A stretch of DNA of 64,000 nucleotides, taken from contig JBBQRX010000011.1 of the NCBI GenBank assembly GCA_038214375.1, positions 5,810-69,809 on the forward strand, read 5' to 3'. The position numbers and the translations under genes were made by a program. The notes below the pieces were generated by a model that ran no database searches, was not told the origin of the DNA, and saw only the letters and a list, made by a program, of their open reading frames with translations. Position 1 is the first letter of the stretch; the number at the start of each line of letters is the position of its first letter. Of this stretch, positions 1 to 9,036 are shown in pieces. The DNA comes from Candidatus Limnocylindrales bacterium (GTDB taxonomy: Bacteria > Chloroflexota > Limnocylindria > Limnocylindrales > CSP1-4).

Positions 1-444
1 TGGCATGCGGCCTCGCCGCACCGCGGCACGATCGAGGAGGCGCCCGGCCTCACGATCCTCGACGACACGTACAACGCCTCGCCCTCCGCGGTCATCGCGG
101 CGCTCCAGGTGCTCGCGTCGCTGCCGGGACGTCCGGTCGCGGTCCTCGGCGAGATGCTCGAGCTCGGTGACGCGCACGCGGCGAGCCACCGCACCGTTGG
201 CGATGCCGCGGGCCGGACCGCGGCGGAGCTCGTCGTGGTCGGCGACGGCGCCCGGGGGATCGCGGAGGGGGCGCTGGCGTCCGGCCTGTCCGCCGCGCGC
301 GTCCATGTCGCGACCGACCACGGCGCCGCGATCGAGGTGCTGCGGTCCATCCTCCGGCCGGGCGACGTGGTGCTCGTCAAGGCGTCGCGGGGCGCCGCCC
401 TCGAGGTGATCGTGGACACCCTGCGCGCCGGGATCCCGTTGTGA
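1..444 (+). CDS. murF: UDP-N-acetylmuramoyl-tripeptide--D-alanyl-D-alanine ligase MurF, C-terminal part (5' end outside window)
   Basis: Frame 1 is open from base 1 (..LDDTYNASPSAVIAAL..LGEMLELGD..VLVKASRG), matching a Mur ligase C-terminal domain. Stop TGA 442-444 overlaps the mraY GTG (GTGA). Confidence 0.9.
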   Translation, partial: WHAASPHRGTIEEAPGLTILDDTYNASPSAVIAALQVLASLPGRPVAVLGEMLELGDAHAASHRTVGDAAGRTAAELVVVGDGARGIAEGALASGLSAARVHVATDHGAAIEVLRSILRPGDVVLVKASRGAALEVIVDTLRAGIPL

Positions 445-1418
445 CCGTCGAGCTGATCCAGGCGATCCTGCTCGCATTCGCGATCGTCGTGATTTTGATG
501 CCCGCCTACATCCGGCTCATGCGCTGGGCCGGGTTCGCCAAGCAGATCCGCGTGGACGGGCCGGAGACGCACCAGGTCAAGGGCGGGACGCCGACCGCCG
601 GGGGGACGCTCCTGATCGTGGTCGTGGGCGTGCTCGCGCTCGTCTTCAACCTCGTGGACGCCTCGACCTTCGCCCCGCTGGCCGCGCTCGGGCTGGTGGG
701 CGCGCTCGGTTTCGCGGACGATTGGCTCAACGCCCGGACGGGGGACGGGATCCGGGCGCGCCAGAAGCTCCTGTGGCAGACAGCGGTCGCGGTCTTCGCG
801 GCGTGGCAGATCCAGCGCACCTACGACATCGCGGCCGTGGGCGTCCCGTTCGTGGGGGCGGTGCCGATCGCGCCGTGGCTCTACATCGCGTTCGCCGCGT
901 TCGCGATCGTCGCCATGAGCAACGGGGTCAACCTCACCGACGGCCTCGACGGGCTGGCCGGGGGAACCCTGATCTTCGCGTTCGTCTCCTTCCTGATCAT
1001 CGCCCTGCTCAACAGCCCCGCCCAGCCGAACCTCGCGATCCTGAGCTCGCTCCTTATCGGTGCGCTGCTGGGCTTCCTCTGGTTCAACGTCCATCCGGCC
1101 CAGATCTTCATGGGCGACTCGGGATCGCTCAGCCTGGGGGCGACGCTGGCGGTCATCTCGCTGATCACCGGGCAGATCCTGATCCTCCCGCTCATCGGAA
1201 TCATCTTCGTCGTGGAGGCGGGATCGGTCGTGGTACAGGTCGCCTATTTCAAGGCGACCCACGGAAGGCGGATCCTCCGGATGAGCCCGCTCCACCACCA
1301 CTACGAGCTGGGCGGCTGGCCCGAGACGAAGATCACGCTCCGCTTCTGGATCGTCGGCGCCCTCGCCGGGCTGATGGGCGTCACGCTCTTCCTGGCCACG
1401 CTCCAGCGGCTGGTCTGA
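441..1418 (+). CDS. mraY: phospho-N-acetylmuramoyl-pentapeptide transferase MraY
   Basis: 325-aa polytopic membrane protein with MraY blocks NGVNLTDGLDGLAGG, FMGDSGSLSLGA and LHHHYELGGW. Position after murF is the expected one. Confidence 0.95.
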   Translation: MTVELIQAILLAFAIVVILMPAYIRLMRWAGFAKQIRVDGPETHQVKGGTPTAGGTLLIVVVGVLALVFNLVDASTFAPLAALGLVGALGFADDWLNARTGDGIRARQKLLWQTAVAVFAAWQIQRTYDIAAVGVPFVGAVPIAPWLYIAFAAFAIVAMSNGVNLTDGLDGLAGGTLIFAFVSFLIIALLNSPAQPNLAILSSLLIGALLGFLWFNVHPAQIFMGDSGSLSLGATLAVISLITGQILILPLIGIIFVVEAGSVVVQVAYFKATHGRRILRMSPLHHHYELGGWPETKITLRFWIVGALAGLMGVTLFLATLQRLV

Positions 1419-1420
1419 CG

Positions 1421-3055
1421 ATGCCGAAGCCGGTCGACCTCGACGCGCTGACGCTGGACGCGATCCGTGCCGGCGCGCTGGCCGGCGTGCCGGTGACGGT
1501 GCTCGGGCTGGCTCGAACCGGGGTCGGGCTCGCGCGGTTCCTCGCCGACGCCGGCGCTGCGGTCACTGTCTACGACGGCAAGCCTGCGACCGCGCTCGCC
1601 GACCGCGTGGCCGCGCTCGGGGGCCGGCCGATCCAGCTCCTGGCGGGACCCGAAGTGGACCCGGAGTCCACGTGGATCGGGGCCGCGCTCGTGGCGTTCT
1701 CGCCGTCGATCACGCCCGGCTTCCCGACCACCGAGCCCCGGCTCCGCGCCGCCCTCGACGGCCTGGCGGCCCGCATCGCGCGCGGCGACCCCGACGCGCC
1801 GGCGCTCGTCTCCGAGCCCGACCTCACCCTCCGCCTCTGTCCCGCGCCCACGATCGGTGTCACGGGGACGAAGGGGAAGACGACGACCGCGTCGCTCATC
1901 GCGCACCTCCTCGCGGCGGATCCGTCGCACCCGGTCGTGCTCGGCGGGAACATCGGCGTGCCCCTGATCGACCGTGTGTCGGACCTCACGCCGGCGCACC
2001 GGGTGGTCGTGGAGCTCTCGGAGCTCCAGCTGCCGAGCCTGACGCGGGGCACGACCGTGGCGGTCTACACCAACGTGACCGCGGATCACCTCGATCGCCA
2101 CGGGTCGCTCGAGGCCTACCGCGCGGTGAAGCGACGCCTCGCCGAGCTCGTGGACCCGGCCGGGGCGCTGGTCCTCAACCTCGATGACCCGGTCGTGGCG
2201 AGCTACGCGGACCTGGGCACCGCGCCCGCGGTCTGCTACCGGCTGGAGCACCCCATCACCGGCGGGGTCGGGATCGTGGACGGCTGGGTGGTCACCGCGA
2301 ACGTGGACCGTCTGCCGATGGTCGGCGGCGGCCCTGCCTGGACCGGGCCGGAGGGCCGGATCATGCCCGTCGCGGAGCTCTCGCTGCCCGGCCGGCACAA
2401 CGTCGCGAACCTGCTCGCGGCGGTCTCGGTGGGCCTCCTGTTCGGGCTGGCACCCGACGCGATCCGCACGGCGGCGGCGTCGTTCGAAGGCGTCGAGCAT
2501 CGTCTCGAGCCGGTCGGTCTCGTGGACGGGGTCCGGTTCGTCAACGATTCCCAGGGCACGCAGCCGGACGCGGTCGCGGCCGCGCTGCGCAGCTTCGACC
2601 CGCCGCTCGTCCTGATCGCCGGGGGACGCGATAAGGGCGTCGACCTGCGCGCACTCGCCCCGGTTGTCGCCGAGCGGGCAGCTGCCGCGGTCCTGATCGG
2701 CGAGTCGGGGCCGGCCCTCGCGGCGCTCTTCCGGGCGGCAGGGCTCCGGCGGGTCGAGGAGGCTGGAACGCTCGGGGCGGCCGTCCCGCGCGCAGACGCG
2801 ATCGCGCGAGAGCTGCTTGCGGGCGCGCCCGCCGGTCGCGTGGCGACGGTGCTGCTGAGCCCGGCCGCGGCGAGCTTCGACCAGTTCCCGGACTACGCCG
2901 CGCGCGGTCGCGCCTTCAAGGTCGCGGTCGCCGGCGTCGCGGCGGCCGCGAGTGCGGCCGGTTCGGCCGGCGCAGCGGGCGCCGCGGGTGCAGCGAGGGA
3001 TGCCGGCGCAGCGGGCGCTGCCTCCCCTGCGACCAGCACGGACCCGAGCCGCTGA
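1421..3055 (+). CDS. murD: UDP-N-acetylmuramoylalanine--D-glutamate ligase MurD (with Ala/Gly-rich C-terminal tail)
   Basis: ATG at 1421, 2 nt after the mraY stop. Rossmann-like N-terminus (VTVLGLARTGVGLARFL), P-loop GVTGTKGKTTT and VNDSQGTQPDA. The 5' part of track ORF 722..3055 overlaps mraY and is not coding. Confidence 0.9.
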   Translation: MPKPVDLDALTLDAIRAGALAGVPVTVLGLARTGVGLARFLADAGAAVTVYDGKPATALADRVAALGGRPIQLLAGPEVDPESTWIGAALVAFSPSITPGFPTTEPRLRAALDGLAARIARGDPDAPALVSEPDLTLRLCPAPTIGVTGTKGKTTTASLIAHLLAADPSHPVVLGGNIGVPLIDRVSDLTPAHRVVVELSELQLPSLTRGTTVAVYTNVTADHLDRHGSLEAYRAVKRRLAELVDPAGALVLNLDDPVVASYADLGTAPAVCYRLEHPITGGVGIVDGWVVTANVDRLPMVGGGPAWTGPEGRIMPVAELSLPGRHNVANLLAAVSVGLLFGLAPDAIRTAAASFEGVEHRLEPVGLVDGVRFVNDSQGTQPDAVAAALRSFDPPLVLIAGGRDKGVDLRALAPVVAERAAAAVLIGESGPALAALFRAAGLRRVEEAGTLGAAVPRADAIARELLAGAPAGRVATVLLSPAAASFDQFPDYAARGRAFKVAVAGVAAAASAAGSAGAAGAAGAARDAGAAGAASPATSTDPSR

Positions 3056-3057
3056 CG

Positions 3058-4410
3058 ATGGCCGTGACCAACGCCCGACACGCGATCGCCCGGAGCGCCG
3101 GCTCGGCAACGCGACCGAACGCGGCCGCGCGGACCGCCGTCCTGACGCGGGCACCCGCCGTGTCTCGCGCCCCGTCCGGCGGCGGGCTTGCCGCGCCCAT
3201 CGACGTGCGCGAGCGTCATTCCCCGGACGCGGTCGTGCTTGCGATCGTCGTGGCCCTCGCCGGCCTCGGGATCCTGATGGTCTACTCGAGCTCCGCGATG
3301 AACGGGTACGCCGACGGCGACGGCACGCTCGCCACGGTGGGCCCGCAGTTCGTCTGGGCGGCGGTCGGAATGGTCGGCATGCTGATCGCGATGCAGGTGG
3401 ACTATCGCTGGCTCCGCCTCGTTTCGCTGCCGGCGCTGCTGGGTGCCGGCGTCCTCCTCGCCCTCGTCCTGTTCTCCCCGTGGCGCATCGAGGTCAGCGG
3501 GTCCACCCAGTGGCTCAAGCTCCCCGGGCTGCCCATCATCCAGCCAGGCGAGTTCGCCAAGCTCGCCCTCGTCGTCTATCTCTCCCACTGGATGGCGCGT
3601 CGCGGCGCAGCCATCGGCTCGATCCGCGGCGGGCTGATCCCGTTCGTCGCGATCGTCGCCCCGTTCCTCGTCCTGATCTTCAAGTCGCCCGATCTCGGCT
3701 CGACGGTCGTGCTGGGGCTGACCGTCGTGGTGATGCTCTTCGTCGCCGGGGGGAACCTGCTGGGGATCCTGGGCCTCGGAGGAGGTGCGGCGATGGCGGC
3801 GATGCTGTTCCTCAAGGACTACCAGGTCGAGCGGCTGCAGGCCTTCGGGGACCCGTTCAAGTACGCCCTCACGACCGGCTTCCACAGCGTCCAGGGCCTG
3901 CTGGCACTCGGGCTCGGCGGCATCTTCGGCGCCGGCCTGGGTGAGCGCGCAGCCGCCGGCGGGATCGTCCTCCCGAACGCCCACAACGATTACATCTTCG
4001 CCGTGGTCGGCCAGGAGTTCGGCTTCGTCGGCGCGGCATTCGTCGTCATCGCGTTCCTGGCGCTGGCGTGGCGCGGGATGCGCATCTCGCTCGCGGCCCC
4101 GGACACGTTCGGAGCGCTCCTCGCGGCGGGGATCACGGCGTACCTGTGCGTGCAGGCGTTCATCAACATCGGGGTCGTCGTCACGCTGCTCCCCGTCACC
4201 GGGATCACGCTGCCGTTCGTCTCGGCCGGCGGCTCGTCGCTCATCGTGAGCCTGGCTGCCGTCGGGGTCCTGCTCTCGATCTCCCGCGAAACGTCGGCAC
4301 ATGGAGGATGGGTGGATGCGAGTGGTGATCGCGGCAGGCGGGACGGGCGGGCACATCTACCCGGCCGTGGCCGTCGCCCGTTCGCTCCGCGCCCTGCCGG
4401 CCGCGCCTGA
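3058..4410 (+). CDS. ftsW: SEDS-family peptidoglycan glycosyltransferase FtsW
   Basis: Multi-TM protein with GEFAKLALVVYLSHWMARRG and LPVTGITLPFVSAGGSSLIV, in the dcw position between murD and murG. The 3' end overlaps murG by about 95 nt. Confidence 0.85.
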   Translation: MAVTNARHAIARSAGSATRPNAAARTAVLTRAPAVSRAPSGGGLAAPIDVRERHSPDAVVLAIVVALAGLGILMVYSSSAMNGYADGDGTLATVGPQFVWAAVGMVGMLIAMQVDYRWLRLVSLPALLGAGVLLALVLFSPWRIEVSGSTQWLKLPGLPIIQPGEFAKLALVVYLSHWMARRGAAIGSIRGGLIPFVAIVAPFLVLIFKSPDLGSTVVLGLTVVVMLFVAGGNLLGILGLGGGAAMAAMLFLKDYQVERLQAFGDPFKYALTTGFHSVQGLLALGLGGIFGAGLGERAAAGGIVLPNAHNDYIFAVVGQEFGFVGAAFVVIAFLALAWRGMRISLAAPDTFGALLAAGITAYLCVQAFINIGVVVTLLPVTGITLPFVSAGGSSLIVSLAAVGVLLSISRETSAHGGWVDASGDRGRRDGRAHLPGRGRRPFAPRPAGRA

Positions 4411-5548
4411 GCTCGCCTGGATCGGCGGGCACCGCGGCCTGGAGGCGGAGATCGTCCCGGAGACGGGGATTCCCTTCTCGCGGCTCGCCCTGCGCTCGCT
4501 GCGCAGCGCCGGCCGCGACGTCCACCTCGTCCTCGACCCGCTTCGCCTCGCGGCCTCGTTCCCCCAGGCGCTCTGGCGGCTCGCCAGGACGCGTCCCGAC
4601 GCGATCTTCACGAGCGGCGGCTACGTCGCGATCCCGGTCCTCGCCGCCGCGCGCCTCCTGCGAATCCCGGTGGTGATGTGGGAGGGCAACGTCGTCCCGG
4701 GTCGAAGCGTCCGAGCGACGGCCCGGCTGGCGGACGCCGTCGCGGTGAGCTTCGAGGAGACCTGCGCGGCCCTCGGGGCCGAGCGCTGCTACGTGACCGG
4801 GACGCCGATCCGCGACCCGCGCACGATCGACCGTGAAGCGGCCCGCGAGCGGCTCGGGATCCCGCCCGGGCCGCGCCTGCTGCTGGTCTTCGGCGGGTCC
4901 CAGGCCGTCGCGCGGTTCAACGCGGCCGTCGGCGGGGCGCTCGCGCGGCTCGTCGAGCGGTGCTGGGTGCTCCATGTCACCGGCGAGGCGGGCTACGCGG
5001 AGATGCAGGCCGCTCGCGATGCGCTGGCGCCGGAGCGCCGCGACCGGTATCTGCCGTTCCCATTCCTCGCCGAGGAAATGACCGCGGCTCTTGCGGCGGC
5101 GGACCTCGTGGTCGGTCGAGCCGGCTCGTCGACGCTCGCGGAGGCGGCCGCCTTCGGGTTGCCGATGATCTGCGTGCCGTACCCGCATGCGGCGGGCCAC
5201 CAGCGCGCGAACGCGGAGGCGTATGCGGCGACCGGCGCCGCCCGGGTCGTCGCCGACGAGGATTTCGATGCCGAGGCGCTCGTCGCGGCCGCGCGGCTGC
5301 TCGACGACCCGGCCGGCCATGTCGCCATGAGCGCCGCTGCCCGCGGAGCCGCCCGGCCGGGTGCCGCGGACGCCGTCGCGCGCCTTGTGCTGGCGGCCGC
5401 CACGCGGACCCCCTATCCGTCGGCCGCGGTGATCGCCCGCCTCGCCGTCGTCGGCGTTGCTCCCGGTGGCACCATGGGCCGGGGCCCGGGCGCGGACGCC
5501 GGCGAGGGTTCGGGCTGGCTGTCCGGCGACGGGGAGCGCCGCGGGTGA
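4316..5548 (+). CDS. murG: undecaprenyldiphospho-muramoylpentapeptide beta-N-acetylglucosaminyltransferase MurG
   Basis: MRVVIAAGGTGGHIYPAVAVA at the N-terminus and GRAGSSTLAEAAAFGLPMICVPYPHAAGHQRANA. GGAGGA SD at 4303-4308. An in-frame ATG at 4301 is an alternative start. Confidence 0.9.
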   Translation: MRVVIAAGGTGGHIYPAVAVARSLRALPAAPELAWIGGHRGLEAEIVPETGIPFSRLALRSLRSAGRDVHLVLDPLRLAASFPQALWRLARTRPDAIFTSGGYVAIPVLAAARLLRIPVVMWEGNVVPGRSVRATARLADAVAVSFEETCAALGAERCYVTGTPIRDPRTIDREAARERLGIPPGPRLLLVFGGSQAVARFNAAVGGALARLVERCWVLHVTGEAGYAEMQAARDALAPERRDRYLPFPFLAEEMTAALAAADLVVGRAGSSTLAEAAAFGLPMICVPYPHAAGHQRANAEAYAATGAARVVADEDFDAEALVAAARLLDDPAGHVAMSAAARGAARPGAADAVARLVLAAATRTPYPSAAVIARLAVVGVAPGGTMGRGPGADAGEGSGWLSGDGERRG

Positions 5549-6504
5549 GCGCGCCGTTCGACGCGATCCGGGTCGGGACCGAGATCCAGCGCCGGCTCGG
5601 AATCAAAACCTCCCGGGACGAGCCGCTCGCGCGGTTCACCACGATGCGCGTCGGCGGTCCCGCGGATCTCTACGCCGCGCCCGTCAACCCGTTCGAGCTG
5701 CGCGCGATCATCCGGCTCGCACGGGGCCGGGAGGTGCCGCTCACGCTCCTCGGGCGCGGCAGCAACGTCGTGATCGCCGACGCTGGAGTGCGCGGCCTGC
5801 TGGTCCACGTCCGCGCGCAGGGCTACGAGATCGCGGATGGCTGCCTCGTCGCCGACGCGGGGCTGCCGATGGCGAAGGCCGCGACCGTGACCGCGGACGC
5901 CGGCCTCTCGGGCCTCGAGTTCGGCCTCGCGATCCCGGGAAACGTGGGTGGAGCGGTCTGGGCGAACGCAGGCGCCCACGAAACGGACGTCGCCGCGATC
6001 CTCGAATCCGCCCTCGTCCTCGCCGCGGACGGGACCCAGGCGAGCGTGCCCGCGTCGGCGCTCGGACTGGCCTATCGCGAGAGCCGGTTCAAGCACGCGC
6101 CACCGGACGGGCCGGGGGAGATCATCCTGGCGGCCACGTTCCGCCTCGTCCCCGACGACCCGGCAGCGATCCGGGTCCGGCTCGACGAGATCCGGCGCTG
6201 GCGGCAGGCCCACCAGCCGCTCGGGATCCCGAGCGCGGGGAGCGTCTTCCGAAACCCGGCCGAGGGGCCGTCGGCGGGCGCGCTCATCGACGGTTGCGGC
6301 CTCAAGGGCCGTCGCGTGGGCGGCGCCGTGGTCTCCGAGAAGCACGCCAACTGGATCCTCAACGACCGGGGCGGCTCGGCGTCCGATGTCCGGACGCTCG
6401 GCGAGCTCGTGCAGGCGACCGTCGCGCGCGAGACAGGCGTCAGGCTCGCGTTCGAGATCCAGTTCATGGGCGACTGGTCCGCGTGGCCCGGCGGACCGGC
6501 ATGA
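5545..6504 (+). CDS. murB: UDP-N-acetylenolpyruvoylglucosamine reductase MurB
   Basis: GTG 5545 overlaps the murG stop (GTGA). Motifs RFTTMRVGGPADLY and PSAGSVFRNP. The upstream part of track ORF 4960..6504 is a non-coding extension. Confidence 0.9.
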   Translation: MSAPFDAIRVGTEIQRRLGIKTSRDEPLARFTTMRVGGPADLYAAPVNPFELRAIIRLARGREVPLTLLGRGSNVVIADAGVRGLLVHVRAQGYEIADGCLVADAGLPMAKAATVTADAGLSGLEFGLAIPGNVGGAVWANAGAHETDVAAILESALVLAADGTQASVPASALGLAYRESRFKHAPPDGPGEIILAATFRLVPDDPAAIRVRLDEIRRWRQAHQPLGIPSAGSVFRNPAEGPSAGALIDGCGLKGRRVGGAVVSEKHANWILNDRGGSASDVRTLGELVQATVARETGVRLAFEIQFMGDWSAWPGGPA

Positions 6505-7718
6505 CCGCGCCTGGCAGCCCGGGCGCATCGGGCGCACCGAACCCACCGGGCGCCTCGGCCCAACTGACCGCGCCTGGCAGCCCGGGCGTGCCGGTCGTGC
6601 CGGGCGTGCCGGTCGCCGTCGTCTTCGGCGGCCCCTCCGCCGAGCACGACGTCTCGGTCGTCTCGGGCACGGCGATCGCGGAGGCGCTCGCCGGGGCGGG
6701 GCACGCGGTGAGCCAGTTCCTGGTGGACCTCGAGGGCGGCTGGTGGCTTCTTCCGGTCGGCCACCGCCGCGCAGGCCGCCCGGCCGCGGCCTACGACACG
6801 CCCGGCTCGATCGGGGCGGCCGGCCCGTTCGGGGCCGGGGAGGCGACCGCCGGGATCGCAGCGGCGTCGCCCCAGCCGGTCGTCTTCGTGGCGCTGCACG
6901 GGCCGTTCGGCGAGGACGGCACGGTCCAGGCGATCCTCGAGGCCGCGGGACTCGCGTACACGGGCGCAGGAATCGCCGCGTCCGCGGTCGGCATGGACAA
7001 GCCGTTCTTCAAGCGGATCGCGCGCGACGCCGGCCTGCCGGTCCTTCCGTGGGTCGACGTGACGGGCGCGCGCTGGGCGGAGGATCGGGAGGGAGTGCGA
7101 GCGGAGCTCGAGGCGCTCGCGGCCGGCACCCCGGACGGACGCCTCATCGGCAAGCCGGCCGCGCTCGGCTCCTCGGTCGGGATGGCGATCGCGCACGGTC
7201 CGGACGAGCGGGACGGGATCGTGGAGCTCGCGCTCCGCTACGACGCCCGGGCGATCGTGGAACCGTGCCTCGACCGCCCGCGCGAGCTGGAGCTGGGGGT
7301 TCTCGGCAACGACCCGGCCACGGCGCAGATCCTCGGGCCGGGCGAGGTAATCCCCGATCGCGAGTTCTACGACTACGCGGCCAAGTACCTCGCGAGCGCG
7401 TCGCGGACGGATGCGGTGGCCGGCATCTCGACGGCGCTGGCGGCCGACGTGCGCCGGATCGGCCGCGCCGCCTACGCGCTGATCGGGGGCGCCGGGTTCG
7501 CGCGGGTCGACTTCCTGCTCGAGCGCGGCACGGGCTCGCTCTACCTCAACGAGGTCAACACGATCCCGGGGTTCACCCCGATCAGCCTCTTCCCGATGGT
7601 GGCCGCCGCGGACGGGATTCCGTTCGCGGCGCTGTGCAGCCGGATCGTCGAGCTGGCCGTCGAGCGGCGTGCGGCGGCGCCACCCCGGCGGCTGGTTCCC
7701 GCGGACCTGCCGCGGTGA
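6501..7718 (+). CDS. ddl: D-alanine--D-alanine ligase Ddl
   Basis: ATG 6501 overlaps the murB stop (ATGA). Motifs VVFGGPSAEHDVSVVSG, ALHGPFGEDGTVQAILE and LNEVNTIPGFTPISLFP. In-frame GTG 6606 is an alternative start, just before the conserved core. Confidence 0.85.
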   Translation: MTAPGSPGASGAPNPPGASAQLTAPGSPGVPVVPGVPVAVVFGGPSAEHDVSVVSGTAIAEALAGAGHAVSQFLVDLEGGWWLLPVGHRRAGRPAAAYDTPGSIGAAGPFGAGEATAGIAAASPQPVVFVALHGPFGEDGTVQAILEAAGLAYTGAGIAASAVGMDKPFFKRIARDAGLPVLPWVDVTGARWAEDREGVRAELEALAAGTPDGRLIGKPAALGSSVGMAIAHGPDERDGIVELALRYDARAIVEPCLDRPRELELGVLGNDPATAQILGPGEVIPDREFYDYAAKYLASASRTDAVAGISTALAADVRRIGRAAYALIGGAGFARVDFLLERGTGSLYLNEVNTIPGFTPISLFPMVAAADGIPFAALCSRIVELAVERRAAAPPRRLVPADLPR

Positions 7719-8593
7719 CGCGCCTCCCGGTCCGCCCCGCGGGCGGTGCCCGGCGGCGCTCGAGCCAGCGACGCGCGTCCTCCCGCCTCTCGCCGCGCAG
7801 GGCGCTGGCGGCCCTCGTGATGGTTGTCGCCGGGGCGGCGACGTGGGGCGTCGCGGCGTCGCCCGCGTTCGGCATCCGCGCGACCGACGTCTCGGGCGTG
7901 GCGGTGACGACTGCCGCGGCCGTTGATGCCGTGCTCGCCCTGGGCAGCCCTGCGCCGAACGCGTTCACGCTTGCGACCGACGGTCTGCGCGCGGGCCTCG
8001 AGGCGATCCCGTCGGTGGCGGGCGCCGAAGTCCACGTGACGCTGCCCGGGACGCTGCGGGTCCACATCATCGAGCGCGAGCCGATCCTCGCCTGGCGCGC
8101 GGGCTCGGCGCTGCTGCTCGTGGACCGCGACGGGCTGGTGATCGCCGACGCGGGCTCGGCGGACGCGTCGGCCGCGGCCCGCGCCATCGCCGTAGGGCTC
8201 CCGACCGTCGAAGACCGGCGCGTCGCCTCGGCCCCGACGAGCGGGGTTGCAACGGAAGGGCAGGGCCTCCCGGCCGTCGGCGGCGTCCTCGGACCGATCG
8301 AGCTCGACGTCGCGAGGCGCCTGCTCTCGCTCCGCCCGGCCGACGTCGGCTCGGCGGCCCCGGCGCTCCGGGTGCGACTCGACGACCAGGACGGCTGGTC
8401 GGTGCACCCGCTGGTCGACCGACCCTGGACCGGCGTGTTCGGCTTCTACTCGGCGACGCTCCGCCCGGCCGACCTGATCCCGCAGCAGGTGCGCCTGCTG
8501 CGCAGCCTGCTGGCCGGCCGCGAGAGCCGGCTCCTGCGCATCGTGCTGGCCGACGGCGAGCACGGCACCTACACCACGTACCCGACGAAGTGA
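7715..8593 (+). CDS. ftsQ: cell division protein FtsQ/DivIB (POTRA domain)
   Basis: GTG 7715 overlaps the ddl stop (GTGA). Basic N-terminus, one TM (LAALVMVVAGAATWGVAA) and a POTRA-like VHVTLPGTLRVHIIEREPILAW. Position between ddl and ftsA is the expected one. Confidence 0.75.
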   Translation: MTRLPVRPAGGARRRSSQRRASSRLSPRRALAALVMVVAGAATWGVAASPAFGIRATDVSGVAVTTAAAVDAVLALGSPAPNAFTLATDGLRAGLEAIPSVAGAEVHVTLPGTLRVHIIEREPILAWRAGSALLLVDRDGLVIADAGSADASAAARAIAVGLPTVEDRRVASAPTSGVATEGQGLPAVGGVLGPIELDVARRLLSLRPADVGSAAPALRVRLDDQDGWSVHPLVDRPWTGVFGFYSATLRPADLIPQQVRLLRSLLAGRESRLLRIVLADGEHGTYTTYPTK

Positions 8594-8678
8594 CCGATGG
8601 GTGACGGGATGGTTTGGCGCCCGGCTCGCCGGTCGGGTAGCCTTGCGCAAACGACGTACGTGGAGGGAGAACCGACCT

Positions 8679-9002
8679 GTGCTCCTGCCGCTGGCGGGCC
8701 TGCTCGTCGGTGTCCTTCTCGGGCTCGTCCTGAACGTCAACGTCGGGTTCGAGCTGGCCAGGTACTCGGCCGTCGCGATCCTCGCGGCGCTCGACTCGGT
8801 CCTGGGAGCGGTCCGAGCGGAGCTGGAAGGGACGTACAACAACCGGATCTTCGTCAGCGGGTTCGTGGTGAACGCGGTCGTCGCGGTCCTCCTCACCTTC
8901 GTGGGGGATCGCCTCGGGCTCGACCTCTACCTGGTCGCGCTCATCACCTTCGGGCTGCGGATCTTCCAGAACGTCGCGCTCATCCGCCGGCACTTCCTGT
9001 AG
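8679..9002 (+). CDS. small basic membrane protein, DUF1290 (Sbp-like)
   Basis: GTG 8679 preceded by GGAGGGAG (8662-8669). About 107 aa, hydrophobic, with LDSVLGAVRAELEGTYNNRIFVSGF. It occupies the ftsQ-ftsA slot that sbp/DUF1290 genes hold in Firmicutes. Family call is from memory. Confidence 0.6.
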   Translation: MLLPLAGLLVGVLLGLVLNVNVGFELARYSAVAILAALDSVLGAVRAELEGTYNNRIFVSGFVVNAVVAVLLTFVGDRLGLDLYLVALITFGLRIFQNVALIRRHFL

Positions 9003-9036
9003 GCCGGCCCAGACCACAAGGAGAGGGACGGAACGA

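Noticed and set aside
722-1420. Long N-terminal extensions of track ORFs that overlap the preceding gene (e.g. 722..3055 for murD, 4960..6504 for murB, 5457..7718 for ddl, 5948..8593 for ftsQ, 50145..52928 for purD, 52417..55173 for purC, 55453..58551 for purL, 60328..63453 for purN::purH).
   Set aside because: The extensions are Arg/Pro/Gly-rich out-of-frame read-through of the upstream gene. In every case a start codon forming an NTGA overlap, or lying within a few nt of the upstream stop, precedes the first conserved residues.
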